The position numbers were made by a program, and so were the translations under genes. This document shows positions 51,874-64,000 of a stretch of 64,000 nt of DNA, piece after piece. Origin of the DNA: Lama glama (lineage: Eukaryota); contig CM052816.1 of the NCBI GenBank assembly GCA_028534125.1, forward strand, positions 28,460,001 through 28,524,000. Direction: 5' to 3'. The notes under the pieces are model-generated. The model worked only from the letters and a program-made list of their open reading frames with translations, was not told the origin of the DNA and did not search any database. Numbering within the stretch: the stretch's first letter is position 1; each line of letters starts with the position of its first letter.

Positions 51874-51920
51874 TGTGTATGTGTGTGTGGGGTGTGTGTT
51901 TGTGTGTGTGTGTACGTGTG
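51874..51920. repeat. Imperfect (GT)n microsatellite
   Basis: tgtgtatgtgtgtgtggggtgtgtgtttgtgtgtgtgtgtacgtgtg. Confidence 0.85.
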
Positions 51921-53175
51921 CACAATTGAGGGGATGTTTAACAAATGAAGAGACAAGCTTGGAAAAGGAGACAGTGTGTCAAGACAGAAAGGGAAAGAGA
52001 TGCAGGTAAAAAAGTGCTACAGCATCTAAGGGTCTTCAATACCATGTTAATGACCACAAGTTTGGCCTTTACCTGAAGGTAAGTAACAAGCAAAGTTCAA
52101 ACAGAAAAGTGATGTGAGCACCTATGATTTTATAGAGCCTTGAGGGAGTGGAAAGATATTGCCATAAAGCAAGTCATTAAAAAGATTCTTATCATAAGCA
52201 AACCTAGGGAAAATTATGGAAAATGATGCAAATGGGAAAGTTATATTACATTATTTTTGCATTAGTGAAAACATTGGAAATCTCTAAAGCATGTCTTTGA
52301 AACATCTTTCCCAACTTGAAAATACCTGGTCTAACTCTATTGTGATGGGAGGTACTTATTGCAAATGTATATGGGGACATTATTCTTGATTTAATAAAAG
52401 TATGCAAGCATTATGCTATTCCCCTCTGTGCTTGAGTTCTACTCCATTCCTAATGGAATAAGGGGAGTTGCATCTTGAAATATAACACCTTCATGTCTGA
52501 TTTAATGGAGCAAAATACATGAGATGAAAGAGAGTGGGGGAAATTTAAAATTTGGAATTCTTTTAAAATAGGCTTCTCGAGCATCTGTCTTCATTGTCAT
52601 AAGGCTCCAGAGATACTGTATAAAAATAAATTACAAATAATTTGAAAAACACTGAAAGTCTTCACCACAGAGAGCCAACAGCCATTTAAATCTGCTAAAA
52701 CTTTGAAAATTGATTTTTTCACAGCCCTCATTTTATTGAAAAATCCCTGAATTTTTTTTTACAGGAAAAGAGTATTCAGAGTATTCACAGCAAAAGCTAT
52801 TCCTACTGTTTAGTTCTAACAAAACAGTATGCAAAAAGAAGTATAAATATACATGCTCTATATATGGTATTAAAAGAAGAAAAATGCAGAATATTTTCTA
52901 ACACTTTTAAAATGTTAAGGCAATGAACGTACAAAAACTAAAGCTTATCCCATCTGTGAGTTTGCATTATTGACTACTTATAACTTATTAAGTTATGAAA
53001 CAGTGCCTTCCCCACGTACAATGTTAAAAATTACATATTTTGCATACGGTCAAGATAATATTCTTGCATAATTTGTATATCAAACCACATTTAAAACTTT
53101 GTAATTATCCAGTTAAACCTGGTAGGCACATAAACTTCATTGTTTATCTTCACAATTTCACTGGTAAAAATATAT

Positions 53176-53194
53176 CAAAGCCCTCTAGTGGCCA
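53176..53194 (-). promoter_or_regulatory. Candidate CTCF binding site
   Basis: The minus strand reads TGGCCACTAGAGGGCTTTG versus the CTCF core consensus TGGCCACCAGGGGGCGCTA. Confidence 0.6.
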
Positions 53195-56057
53195 AAATTG
53201 TATATAGTTCTACTGTACTTTGGCAAATTCTGTTAATTATTATTTAAAAAATAAATAGCACATTTGTTGCCCTGCTAATATAAAACCCAGGAGCAGTATT
53301 TCTTCTTTACTGAGGTCTAATTTAATAAAATGGTGGGAAAATTGTGCTTTGTAAGTTATCATTAAAGAAGGAATTTTTAAAAATATGCCATGTAATATAG
53401 AATTATGAGACATTGTGAACAAAATGTTTTAAAATTTCAAAATTTAATATGTAAAGGATTATGCATATGGACTTAGAACATATGATTTTGATATGCATAA
53501 TCCAAGAATTAGAGGATGATGACTATATTCTGGGTAATTTGAAATATCTATTCAAACTTTTTTCCAGAAGGCTAGTGTAAACCATTACATAATAACCATA
53601 TGAGGAATGTTTATAAAGTAATGTGGCACTTTCAGAAAAACGACAGAGTAGAGTTGCCAAATCTAACTGGGGAAGGTATGTAAATACACTATAATCAGGA
53701 AGGGAAATATGGTAGACATAAAAGGATTGTCTAAAGCGAACACAAAGAGGGCCTTTTCTTGCCCTTTTCAAAAGATTTCAAGAGAAGCTAGAAAGACTGA
53801 TTTTTATGTGAAATTTACAGATTTTTCACACACTGGTAAAACTGAAAAAAAGATCACACAGGTTTTGACCTGCAAAAGCCAATCTGTACACAGGTGTTAC
53901 CAGCTCACACATCAGCATTTTGAGGTTCCTGGCTTAACAGCCTCAGTACCATTCCATGAATACACTAAAGAATTAGTCTCTTTCCACCTTTGAAAAAAAC
54001 ATTTGGACAAACTGTTCTCAAAATTAAAATACTGGAATTAGTCTTTCTCAAGTAATCAATTAACATAGGGTATCCTACTTTCCACAGGGTCATTTTCTCT
54101 CTTAAAACATTTCCTCTCCATCTTTTCATTGTCTCATTACATGTAGGAAGATGTGCACATATAATCATACTCGCCAGGCCTCTGGCATGTGGCTCTTATG
54201 ATGGATAAGGATTTGTCTCATACTTGATACATTTACTGTTTTAACAGATATACCACTGAATATAGTTAATTGTTAAAAAGTAAATCTATTCCCCAACTTT
54301 CTTATTTATTATTAGTAAACAAAAATGAACTTTAGCCCACTTCACAATAGGCTGTGACACGAGGGTGTCAGAACATGTCACTGAAGGACTCTGTATCACA
54401 AGCTGTTTGAAAGAATTGCTCAGCAAACAGTTCCAATATGCCGAGAGTTTACCGAGATTCAACTGTCAAAAGCAAGCGTAACAACCCAGTTCTCAAAAGT
54501 ACAGAGGCGTCCTCTGCAGTGATGCTAAAGTGTGTATCACAGAGGTAAGAGTTTTTTAGAGAAGAAAAGTGAAGTTTTAACATTGAAAAGTCATAATACA
54601 TGATTTTCTAATTAATGCTTTTCTTTTTCAGCTCCTTTTCTTTTACTTCAAGTGTTTTCGCAGGAGCAAGTGAAAGAACAAAATTGACTTAGGACATCAT
54701 GAGAAGGAAAAGAATCTCTAAGGAACAGTGACAAAGCAAACGTTTCCAGGTAATAAGAGCAAATAATGGTAGGAGATATGCACTGAGTAAAAATAAAAAT
54801 GAAATGACGTATTTGTTTATTTACTCTTTTACTTTTTGTACCCTGTCCAAATTTTTCAAACTTTTCAGCAGCATGCATGTATTACTTTTACTTACGGAAA
54901 GTGAGGTCACAGAGAAATGTTTAGTAAAGTAGAAATCTCCTTCCTCAGACACAAATAAAATAACAAAGAGCAAAACACTTAGTAGCAGAAACCAGAACAC
55001 TAAAGAGGCACAACCCATTGTCTTAAATTTGAAATACTATCAACAAAAGAAAGAGAGACAGGGTTTTAACTCAACTCAGGACAGATCCTTAAAGTGGTCT
55101 TCATGCCTGGGGATGGTACCAGTGGAGTCGCAAAAGTCTTCACATTTTCACAAACAATATCAGATACGAAAAGAAGACGTGGACTGTGAATGGGGCGGAC
55201 TGCAGAAGAGAGCTCAGGGAGACAGAGCGAGCAAGGGGCTGAAACGTAAGGATAATACGCCTGTGGAAAACCCCTGAATGTGGTAGTAGAATGAATTAGA
55301 ACACAACGTCTACCTATTCTACAAAAGCAGAGGGACAATTCCATGATTCCTCTCCATCCCACCCCTGCCTCATCTTCCCCTGTAGCCATCAAGCTATAGG
55401 ACTGTGGTCAGAACATGGAACAAGCCCACCTTCACACGTGGGAGCTTGTCTGGGAAGAGAGGTCAGACTAGGACACGCTAGAACATGGTTAGGAAAAGTC
55501 ACCCACACAAACGTGGGGCCCAATGGAAGTTCTAAGCAGAGAAGTTCAAGTTTGGAAGACAAAAAGAATTGGCATGGTGACTCGATACAGAAGAGAAAAG
55601 AAAAGAAGCAAAGGAGCAGATGATGCAAAAGACAGGTAACACACTCATTCTGGAAGAAATGGGAGAAGATCTGCGCTGGTACTTTCTGTGCTATAGACAC
55701 ACTTAATGAGATGAAACCAACTAACCAGTAACAACAACAAAAGGATAAAACCGAAAAGGAATTGAAGACCCAAAGAAACAAACTGAGTTTTAATTTACCA
55801 CCACTACCAAAGTCACAAATAAAATGCAAACAGCAAACCAGAGAAGAGACATGACAGCGAGGGAAGTACTGACATGGAGCAGGGCTTGAAGTAGTCACCG
55901 TGACTGCAGAAGGAAACAGTCTGGAGATTTCCAACAGGCCCGTTTTGAATACTTTCAGAGTCTAGAGTGAATGTAAAATAGCATATACTGAAATGTTAAA
56001 TAATGGTAATGTAAGCTAATAAACTATTTAAAAATGTTTATAGAATCTTTAGACAAC

Positions 56058-56542
56058 TCAGCACTCCATGTCAAGGTGTGGTTGTGGAGATGGGCAAGTC
56101 CCAGGCCCCAGGCTCTGACCCTGGCCCATCACCCTCCCCTTCCCACCCTAGTCTTCCTTAGACCGAAGGGTTGTCAAACACGTATGTGTGGATAACCCAG
56201 CCCATACATCCAAGCTCTTGTTGACAGTTTCTGCAAACAGTCAACTTTTGACCAACAAATCTAAAGATAAACACGTCTAAAGATAAACATTCCAGTGGTT
56301 TGGTCTGCCTTCAGAAAGCTCATGAGAAGAAGCTACTCCAAGTCCTAGAAATGTGTTTGGAGCCAAGGGTAGAGGAATTCCAGAGTCTGGGGTGCTGCAG
56401 TATGGTCGAAGTGGGAAATACAAACTGCTCTGGACCTGGCTGCTGGGTCTCCCACAGCAGCTAGAGGAGGGTGGTGTGGGGCCCTCTACAGCATAGTGTT
56501 CAAGGCAAGGATCTCTCTTGCTTAGATCTCAAGTCAGTACTG
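56058..56542 (-). mobile_element. hAT-Tip100 type DNA transposon (MER115/Zaphod-like)
   Basis: The reverse complement of the right end reads cagtactgacttgagatctaagcaagagagatccttgcc...tgtagagggcccc, and the left end begins cagcact. GC-richer than its flanks. Confidence 0.5.
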
Positions 56543-56939
56543 ATTGCAGAAATTAGAGAGGGAACAATAATAGGTGTGGAGGAAATACAACGTTGCTATA
56601 CAGCACAGAACATACTGTTTTTTTTTTTTTGTAGTAAATAAACTCCACTATTATGGAACAGAAAAAGTACTGCACTCAAAAGGCTTAATTTCTCTGTAAG
56701 GAAGAAACTCTTGAATTTGGCTGTTCAACGATGTCATGTGTTCCAGTAAAATCTGTGGGTGCATGATTGCTATGAAGAAATATCCAGCATTTCGAGGACA
56801 GGCATCCAAGCAGAAGAAGCAAGTTAAGTTTAAGGAAGAAAAATCAGGCGAGTATCAGACTTTCCAAGGGCCATATTACATGACAGAAGGTGGAACAGCA
56901 ATGTGTACAAATTCTGAGGGGAAGAAAGTGTGACTCAAG

Positions 56940-57735
56940 ACTATCATTCCCAGTCGAGTTGCCGTGCAAATCTAAAGACAACAAACATAACAATCTCAAA
57001 CCTCAAGTACCAGAGAAAGATATCAGACACCAAAATTCACCAGTCCAAAAGATGACAGGGAGGCTGTGAAGAAAGGATTACACCAATATTCAAGGCTGGG
57101 TCCTTACATTCTGAAGGACAAAGTATTTTAATAATTTAAAACATTTTTAATAATTTAAAAAATTTTAATAATTAAAAAAATTATCCTTCAAGTATAGAGA
57201 CAACTGAAAGAAATTCTCCAGCACGTAAGAACACACAGACTACAAGATCTCTTGAACACGTCCTTAAAAACAAACACAAATAAAGCCAAAAATCAGAAAT
57301 CAAGTTACTTGACACTATATCTGACAGCATGGGATCATACCTAAACTCTGGAAAAGGATTTCAAGCCCATTTTTGCTTTTTATATTTTCTAGTCATTAAA
57401 CAATTAAATCATATTTTAAAATAAACTCATAAACTGTAACACTTGTGCAAATTCCAGAAACACACATTAAGATGACATACTGTCATGAGTACCTATGTAG
57501 TAGAAGTTCAAAAGCATGCCATGGGAAGGCTCAGCTTTAAGGGGAAAGAGGAGATTGGGTTGGAAGCAAAGGACTCAGAAGTTTTGCTGTATCTGTGTGG
57601 TTTAAACAGGAAAAACATTTCCAAGGTAAACCTGACGAACAAGGACCAATCTGAATTCCTGGTACCGTATGTTTATTATTTTATTTTCCGTACTTTTCTA
57701 TATGCTTAAAAATGTTAATCATTAAAATATTTCAA
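56940..57735 (+). mobile_element. Ancient HAL1/L1M-like fragments
   Basis: ttatccttcaagtatagagacaac (ORF1 C-terminal-like) and an old L1 3'-end-like tttattattttattttccgtacttttctatatgcttaaaaatgtt. Confidence 0.4.
57125..57182. repeat. Three-copy ~18-19 bp AT-rich tandem repeat
   Basis: atttttaataatttaaaac / atttttaataatttaaaaa / ttttaataattaaaaaaa. Confidence 0.85.
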
Positions 57736-58319
57736 AAGTGCAAAGCCTGCAAAATGTAGTAGCTTGCTTTACTGTGCAGATGTTTTGGACATGTTAACTA
57801 TATTGCATGTGAAGTTAACAAAATGCAGATTTTCCATTAAGAAAACAAATAAACAGAAAGATCTCCATGGCCAGCTTCCTTTGCAGTGGTGTCTCCCAAT
57901 GAAGAGGAATTAGTTACAAAATATGTTGCCACTAATATCAGATGACTTAAAACATGTTGATAACAACAAAAACTGTTCCTAAGAAATAAGGTATCAAATT
58001 TAAAAATAACTGTAATATATGTTTGAGGACCAGAAGATAGAAAGTTGATATGTTTACTGTAAAATGCTTGTTTTGCCTACAGCTATCAGTGTACTCATAC
58101 AGTTCTTCCGCTGGCTTCATTATGTTAGGATGACTTTAGTAATGAAGCTCTCATGTGTAGTTAAAGCTCTTCCTTTCCCCCTTCTTCTCATAAGTAAGCT
58201 ATCTGCAGAGTACGTATCTGTGCAGGTCTGGGTGCAAGGAAGGTACCCCTGGCCTCCATGGTGTGGGGCTGAGTGGGTAACCTGAGATTCAGTATTTGGG
58301 CTAATGGATACATTCAGTC

Positions 58320-58507
58320 AGCAGGATGCTGTTGTTTAACAACCAGCTCTCCAGGGAAGAAAGTCCCTGATTTTGTCATTGACCAATTTTTGTGCTGTAC
58401 AGACTTCTGCCAAGGCTGATTGCACGCTACCAACGTGATGTCACTGAACATGGAAGGTGTGTGAACCCTGGGCTCTCGGCCCTGTGAGCTGGCGCCAGCA
58501 CACCAAT
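58320..58507. mobile_element. MER63A-like hAT DNA transposon
   Basis: tgtttaacaaccagctctccagggaagaaagtccctgattt...gctaccaacgtgatgtcactgaac...ccagcacacca. Confidence 0.8.
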
Positions 58508-59161
58508 CTAAACAGTGTCATCCATTCAGCTGCCCTTTATCAGTAACTTAGGTTATATTTTAGCTTTAGTCTTCAATGCTGATGTTTAACTTTTCAATTG
58601 GTTTAAAACCTGGTTCAGCAAGAGGACTGCTAAGTATTTGTTTCCCTCACACACCAAAATATATAGAGGTCCAATACATGGACCATTTCTAATTTACCCT
58701 TATAGCTCTGTGAGTCATACAGTAACTGAACCATACTAAGCACTTAGCAGGTGAAAGTGAATACATAACTTTGATTTTGTGATGGTATAGGGATATTTCC
58801 ATACACATAAAATAGCATGATGTGCAACCTTCATTCAAACCATCTAGGCTTTCTTGTTCAAAAAACATTTGGCTACTACTAAGGTAAATAAAGACATTTC
58901 TCATTCTGTAGCCATGGGAAATAAAAATAGTAAGTTCTTTTATTATTAACCTCAAATATTTCTACTGAAACCATTTAGATCTGTTTTCTTCACAGATATG
59001 TGGTGATCTCATAACAAATGTAGACTGAATGAAATAAACTCCTAGTTTAATAGTGAAACATTAATCACAAAATATTGCATATGTATGATATAAAGTCACT
59101 TCTTGTAAGTAAGCAAGGTATCTGCAGAGTACACACCTGTTCAGCTCAAGGTGCAAGCAAG

Positions 59162-59764
59162 TGGGCATATATCCAGAAGGAACTGTAATTTGAAAACATA
59201 CATGCACCTCAAATGTTCATAGCAGCACTATATACAATAGCCAGGACATGGAGACAACCTAAATGTCCACTGACAGATGACCAGATAAAAAAGTTGTGGT
59301 ATATATACAATAGAATTCTACTCAGCCATAAAATAAAATAAAATAATGCCATTTGTAGCAGCATGAATGGACATGGAGATGGTCATTCAAAGTGAAGTAA
59401 GTCAGACAGAGAAAGAAAAATATCATATGATATCACTTATATGTGGAATCAAAAAAAAAAAAGACACAAATGAACTTATATATAAAACAAAAACAGATTC
59501 ACAGATACAGAAAACAAACTTACGGTTACCAGGGGTGAAGTGGGAGGGAAGGGATAAATTCAGTGTTCAAGATTTGCAGATACTAACTACTATATATAAA
59601 ATAGACAAACAACAAGTTTATGCTGTATAGCACAGGGAACTATATTCAATATCTTATAGTAACCTATAATGAAAAAGAATATATGAATGTATATGTATGA
59701 TTGAAACATTATACTGTACATGAGAAATTGACACAACATTGCAAACTGACTATACTTCAATTAA
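59162..59764 (+). mobile_element. 5'-truncated L1 (ORF2 tail and 3' UTR)
   Basis: tgggcatatatccagaag, the peptide MDMEMVIQSEVSQTEKEKYHMISLICGI, and a UTR ending gactatacttcaattaaa; possible diverged TSD aaggtgcaagcaag / aaagtgcaaagaaag. Confidence 0.95.
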
Positions 59765-60737
59765 AGTGCAAAGAAAGCACTACAACTGAATGATATATTT
59801 AAATCACTTATTTTGTTTATAATAGATACAAATGTATTTAAATTGCTTATATTTGTTTACAATAGACACAAAAATTATATAAGTAGCTATGTTAAAAATT
59901 GGTAAAAAGCTACTTTGGCAAGTTGCATATAAATACCAACTTAAATATGCTCCTTTTATAACTTATTTGTAGTCAAAATTACACTGAATTTTAGATGTTG
60001 ACATTTATATTCATAACTATTTTTCCTATTCTGATATTTGGTAAGTACTCAAACTTTTTTCAAAGAGTAATTATTACCATTAGAAGGGCTTTCTATTTTT
60101 TTTGGAGTTTAATGTGACAGTATGAAAAAAATAATTTTTTTCATGTAACAGCTACCAACCACCCTTCAATCTTACATCTATTAAGAAAAGAGGTACTATA
60201 AGAAGTGAACAGACAGCTGAGCCAAAGACAAGCAGATAAATAATTTTAAAGTAGATACACAATTTAACTACTCAGTTGACTTTTTTATCCAGGATGCTTG
60301 ATGACAGCCTAATTGCACATTTTCAGTCAGCAGAAATTAAAGTACAATAAAATTCTGTCATAATGTGGTAAGTAGGGTCCAAGGGAGTCATTCATGTAAA
60401 AGGCGTCGATGATATTATACGGATAATAAGAGCACTAGACAAGTCTAAATAACTAGAGGGCCTGGAATTCTATGGGTCTGGCTTTGTGGTCCACATCTAT
60501 CAGGTGCCAAGCTGGAATGTGGTACCACTACTATGTCTTAAATGTAGAATGGGAAAAAAAGATTTAGTTCCAGGACAATTTGGGATTTCCTATATGACAG
60601 TAATTCAGGGATCTCCAGATTAGCTGTCATCTGTCTCGTCACCCCTATGTAGGGCTCTGGGAAGGATGAATACCAAGAATATGAGAACCTTCCTCAATTT
60701 GCCTGGCTTCTCAAGAGTGGAGGTCTCACTATTCACC

Positions 60738-61196
60738 AAAGAAAAGAATAAAACAATGCCATCTGCAGCAATGTGGATGGACCTAGAGATCGTCATACTG
60801 AGAGAAGTAAGTCAGAAAGAGAAAGAAAAATACCATATGAAATCACTTATATGTGGAATCCAATAAAATGAGAAAAAAATTTTAAGAAGACACAAACGAA
60901 TTTTATTACAAAACAGAGACAGGCTCACAAACAGAGGAAACAAACTTATGGTTACCAGTGGGGAGAGATGGTGGGGGAGAATACACTGGGGGTTTGTGAT
61001 TTGCAGATACTAACTACTATATATAAAACAGATAAACAACAAGGTCCTATTGTATAGCACAGGGAACTATAGTCAGTATCTTTTAATGGCCTATAATAAA
61101 ATACAATATGAAAAGAAATATATATGTATAAATGAATCACTAGAGTGTACACCAGAAATTAATGTAATATTGTAAATTGACTATGCTTCAATAAAC
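60738..61196 (+). mobile_element. 5'-truncated L1 (ORF2 tail and 3' UTR)
   Basis: Peptide MPSAAMWMDLEIVILREVSQKEKEKYHMKSLICGI; ends gactatgcttcAATAAA. Confidence 0.95.
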
Positions 61197-61456
61197 TGTA
61201 TCTTCCCTTTTTTAAAAAAAAGAAATGTTAGATGAAAAAAACAAAACATTAAATTGGATTCTCAATTATTACTAAACTACTACTTCTCCTCCTTCTTCCT
61301 CTCCTTTTCTAAATTTATTCATACAGAAGCTCCTATATATGTTGGTAATAAACAGGTTCACCTTCTGTTCTTTCCTTTACACACTAAACTATTAAGTACT
61401 AGAAAAATCTCTTTTTTAAGAAGTCAATTATTGAATCAAAGAAAGCCCCTATCAAC

Positions 61457-61586
61457 TACTATTTATAAAACAGATAAAGAACAAGTTCCTACTGTATAGC
61501 ACAGGGAACTATATTCAATACCTTGTAATAGCCTATAATGAAAAAGAATATGAAAAGGAATATATATATATATTTAGAACTGAAAA
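61457..61586 (+). mobile_element. Short internal L1 3' UTR fragment
   Basis: tactatttataaaacagataaagaacaagttcctactgtatagcacagggaactatattcaataccttgtaatagcctataatgaaaaagaatatg. Confidence 0.9.
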
Positions 61587-63699
61587 AAAGAAAATGCCTG
61601 TCAACATTAAAAATATATCCCTTTGATTATTTGTATAAGTACATTTTATAGACTTAATGTCAACAAGCCAATATACACAGCCACCAACAGGAACTGAGCT
61701 TTTGTTATTAAGTGTCACATTATTAAGTTTTCATCCTTACCACAGACCAGCATTTAGAGAAACAGTAAATGAGCAAAGCTGTGGGGGAAAGCTAGAGTGT
61801 TGTCTATCAGAGGAAAATAAGGGGAAATGTGAACAATGAGAAGCACATTCCTTTTTTCTTAATGAAGTTTCTGATTTCTGTTCTTCTACCAGCTTTTTGT
61901 CTACATGCAGGCTCCACTGATGGCTCAATCTATCTTGGTCTTTTTCCTAACATTTTTCTTTTTTGTGAAGTTAGATGTTCAACCCTATGCCTTCATCATC
62001 TTCATTGTCATCGCTCACAAATGAAAAGGAAAAGTTCCCAAATAAAGGAATATTGCTTATAAATATAAATACCACTTAACCTTATCATTAAAATATCATT
62101 TTTCAAAGAGAATAGCAAAAGTGAAAATGATTATAATAATCACTTTGGCAAGCACGTAACCCAGAGCAGGTGTTTTATTTAGATGGGTTGGTAGCCAATA
62201 TTTGAAAAGAGAAGATGAATAGGTTGCTTGGCCCCAGCACAAGCAGCTGAACTCCTTACACACAGGCTGCTCAGTGCAGTTATGTGACCTACCGGGGGCA
62301 CTGCAAAATCTTTGTGCGGAAGCACATGGCATAGTAATTTTGGTGGGTACTCTTACATTAATCAAAATGGAAAATCAGCATACGATTTGGCCCTCAGTTC
62401 TACCTCCAGAAATTCATGCTATCTGTGTATATATGTATTTATGCATCTATTCTAACAAATTCACTAAAGTGAGCTCATATATTATATTTGTTATATAGGC
62501 ACGTATGCATAACTACAGATCTACTCTCATCATGTATATAAGAATACTAATTTAAGTACCATGTGTTAAAGCACTCTTTGTAAGAAACAAGAAAAAGAAC
62601 AAAAGTAAATTCTCACAAACTGAAAGAAACAAAGTGAAACAAAAATACAAAACAAAATGAAATGTCTACCAACAGGGAACTGGAGTATGCACAGTGCAAC
62701 TCTGAAAAAAATGATGGAGAAAGGTCTGCAGGTACTGATATGGCTGACAAAGAAAGATCAAGGAGCTGTATCTTTAAACAACAGAAACATACAGAACAGT
62801 GCATCTGGTGGGATCAAGCTCACTATGAAAATCCCTTAGGAAGATTGGAAATTGGAGATTGATGTATCCTTTCTCCGTAATCCTAACACAGTAAGTTTTA
62901 TCATTCTGACATATTTTTCCTCCAGCCTTGGAACAGATTCACTATTTGATTAAGCATCAGAGGAAATAATTAGCTTGATTTTAAAGTCCATGTTGTACAT
63001 ATAATGAAAATAATAACACAAATATGTACGTATATAAGTAATAGAATCACATTCAATTCTAAGTGATGCTAATATAATAAAGTGCCGGGGGAGTAGAGAT
63101 CACTGAGACTAGATTTAGACACAAAATATTTACATCCTCATTCTTAAGCATACAGATATTGAAGAGATTATACATTTAAACCTATCTCCCAATATCCTTT
63201 GCTATGCTAAGTTTGCATACATAGTTAAACTCTTTAAGTCAAAGGACTTATATTAGAAATCCTCTGAAAACAATACATTTTGAAAGAAAGAAGGTGTCTG
63301 TGTGTTCGTGTGTGTGGATGTGTATGAAGGTTTTCTAGAAGGATAAATCATATGTGTTGAGACAGTGGGACTGATAAAGTTCTGAGATATTGGAAAGTAA
63401 AGAAAAATATACTTGGAATATAAAGAAAGATATATTTCTTTGATATATCTTCTTGTATTTAATTTTTCACCACATGCATGTGTCATTAAAAAAAAAACCC
63501 ACAACACACAACCTTAGAGAAACAAATGTATCTAGAAACATGACAAAAGTCAAAAGATTTAGGAAGGGACATCTGTAGTTAAAAGCATTGATCGCTATCT
63601 GTTTGACTAAGGCCAAGGTTTATGGTGAATGTACTTCTACAAATAATTGTAAATCAAAGTACAACCCTACAGATAAAAAGCCAAAATCAATGCAGTCAT

Positions 63700-64000
63700 T
63701 TTATGTCACCAGTATGGATGCTCCCTCTGCAGCCCCTACCAACAGCCAGAACAGGTTACGTTTCTCCTATTTGGGTGCTTCTCGTGGACGCCTAACCACT
63801 CAGATCACCTCTAATCTTGCGTCACTTTACCCTTCATGTCACAGCCATGTGACATTTTTCTAAAGTGAAAAATACCTTGGCCTAAACCTCTTCAGTTGGC
63901 CCTCCCCAGTGTCTAGGTAAATTCTAAACAGGCCTGGGACTGTCCTCTAACCAATTCTCCTTCCTCTCTCAGTAAAAGAATTCTTGAGTGTTAACTGGGC
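63700..64000 (+). mobile_element. L2 fragment
   Basis: acagccatgtgacatttttctaaagtgaaaa...ctaaacctcttcagttggccctccccagtgtctagg. Confidence 0.5.

Larger units (their letters stand above)
38065..64000 (-). other. PRR16: Part of the large PRR16 intron upstream of the terminal exon
   Basis: Lies 5' of the acceptor. I found no sequence encoding the PRR16 N-terminus and no CpG-island promoter in the window. Confidence 0.75.

Noticed and set aside
54355..54370. Short hairpin tgacac-gagg-gtgtca (and similarly atgtcaca-gcca-tgtgacat near 63836-63855)
   Set aside because: Stems of 6-8 bp are expected by chance in 64 kb.
55066..55934. Minus-strand ORFs of 181 and 108 aa
   Set aside because: Cys/Phe/Leu/Ser-rich composition typical of the antisense of A/G-rich non-coding DNA. 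No recognisable homology, and the longer ORF has no ATG at its annotated start.
56260..56289. tctaaagataaaca duplicated with a 16 bp period
   Set aside because: Ordinary slippage duplication inside an old DNA transposon.

Overview
AT-rich mammalian genomic DNA, very probably from a camelid (two tRNA-derived Vic-1-type SINEs; no Alu, B1/B2, BovB or PRE-1 recognised). The only supported protein-coding sequence is the terminal coding exon of PRR16 (Largen) on the minus strand (38064..37309). It has a canonical splice acceptor and a 3' UTR running to roughly 36710. Positions above 38064 are therefore part of the large upstream intron, and positions below about 36700 are downstream flank. The rest is mostly transposon remains: a decayed ~5 kb LINE-1 (1-5010), five L1 3'-end fragments, ancient L1M/HAL1-like, L2 and MIR pieces, MaLR/ERVL LTRs, hAT DNA transposons (MER63, MER115-like) and microsatellites. 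Repeat family names come from recalled consensus sequences and their boundaries are approximate. I found no convincing previously undescribed biological system. The best leads are (i) a near-perfect U1 snRNA/5' splice site just downstream of a proximal AATAAA in the PRR16 3' UTR, (ii) PP1-docking, PDZ-binding and SH3-ligand motifs in the PRR16 protein, (iii) a strong intronic CTCF motif, and (iv) several local duplication or repair scars.
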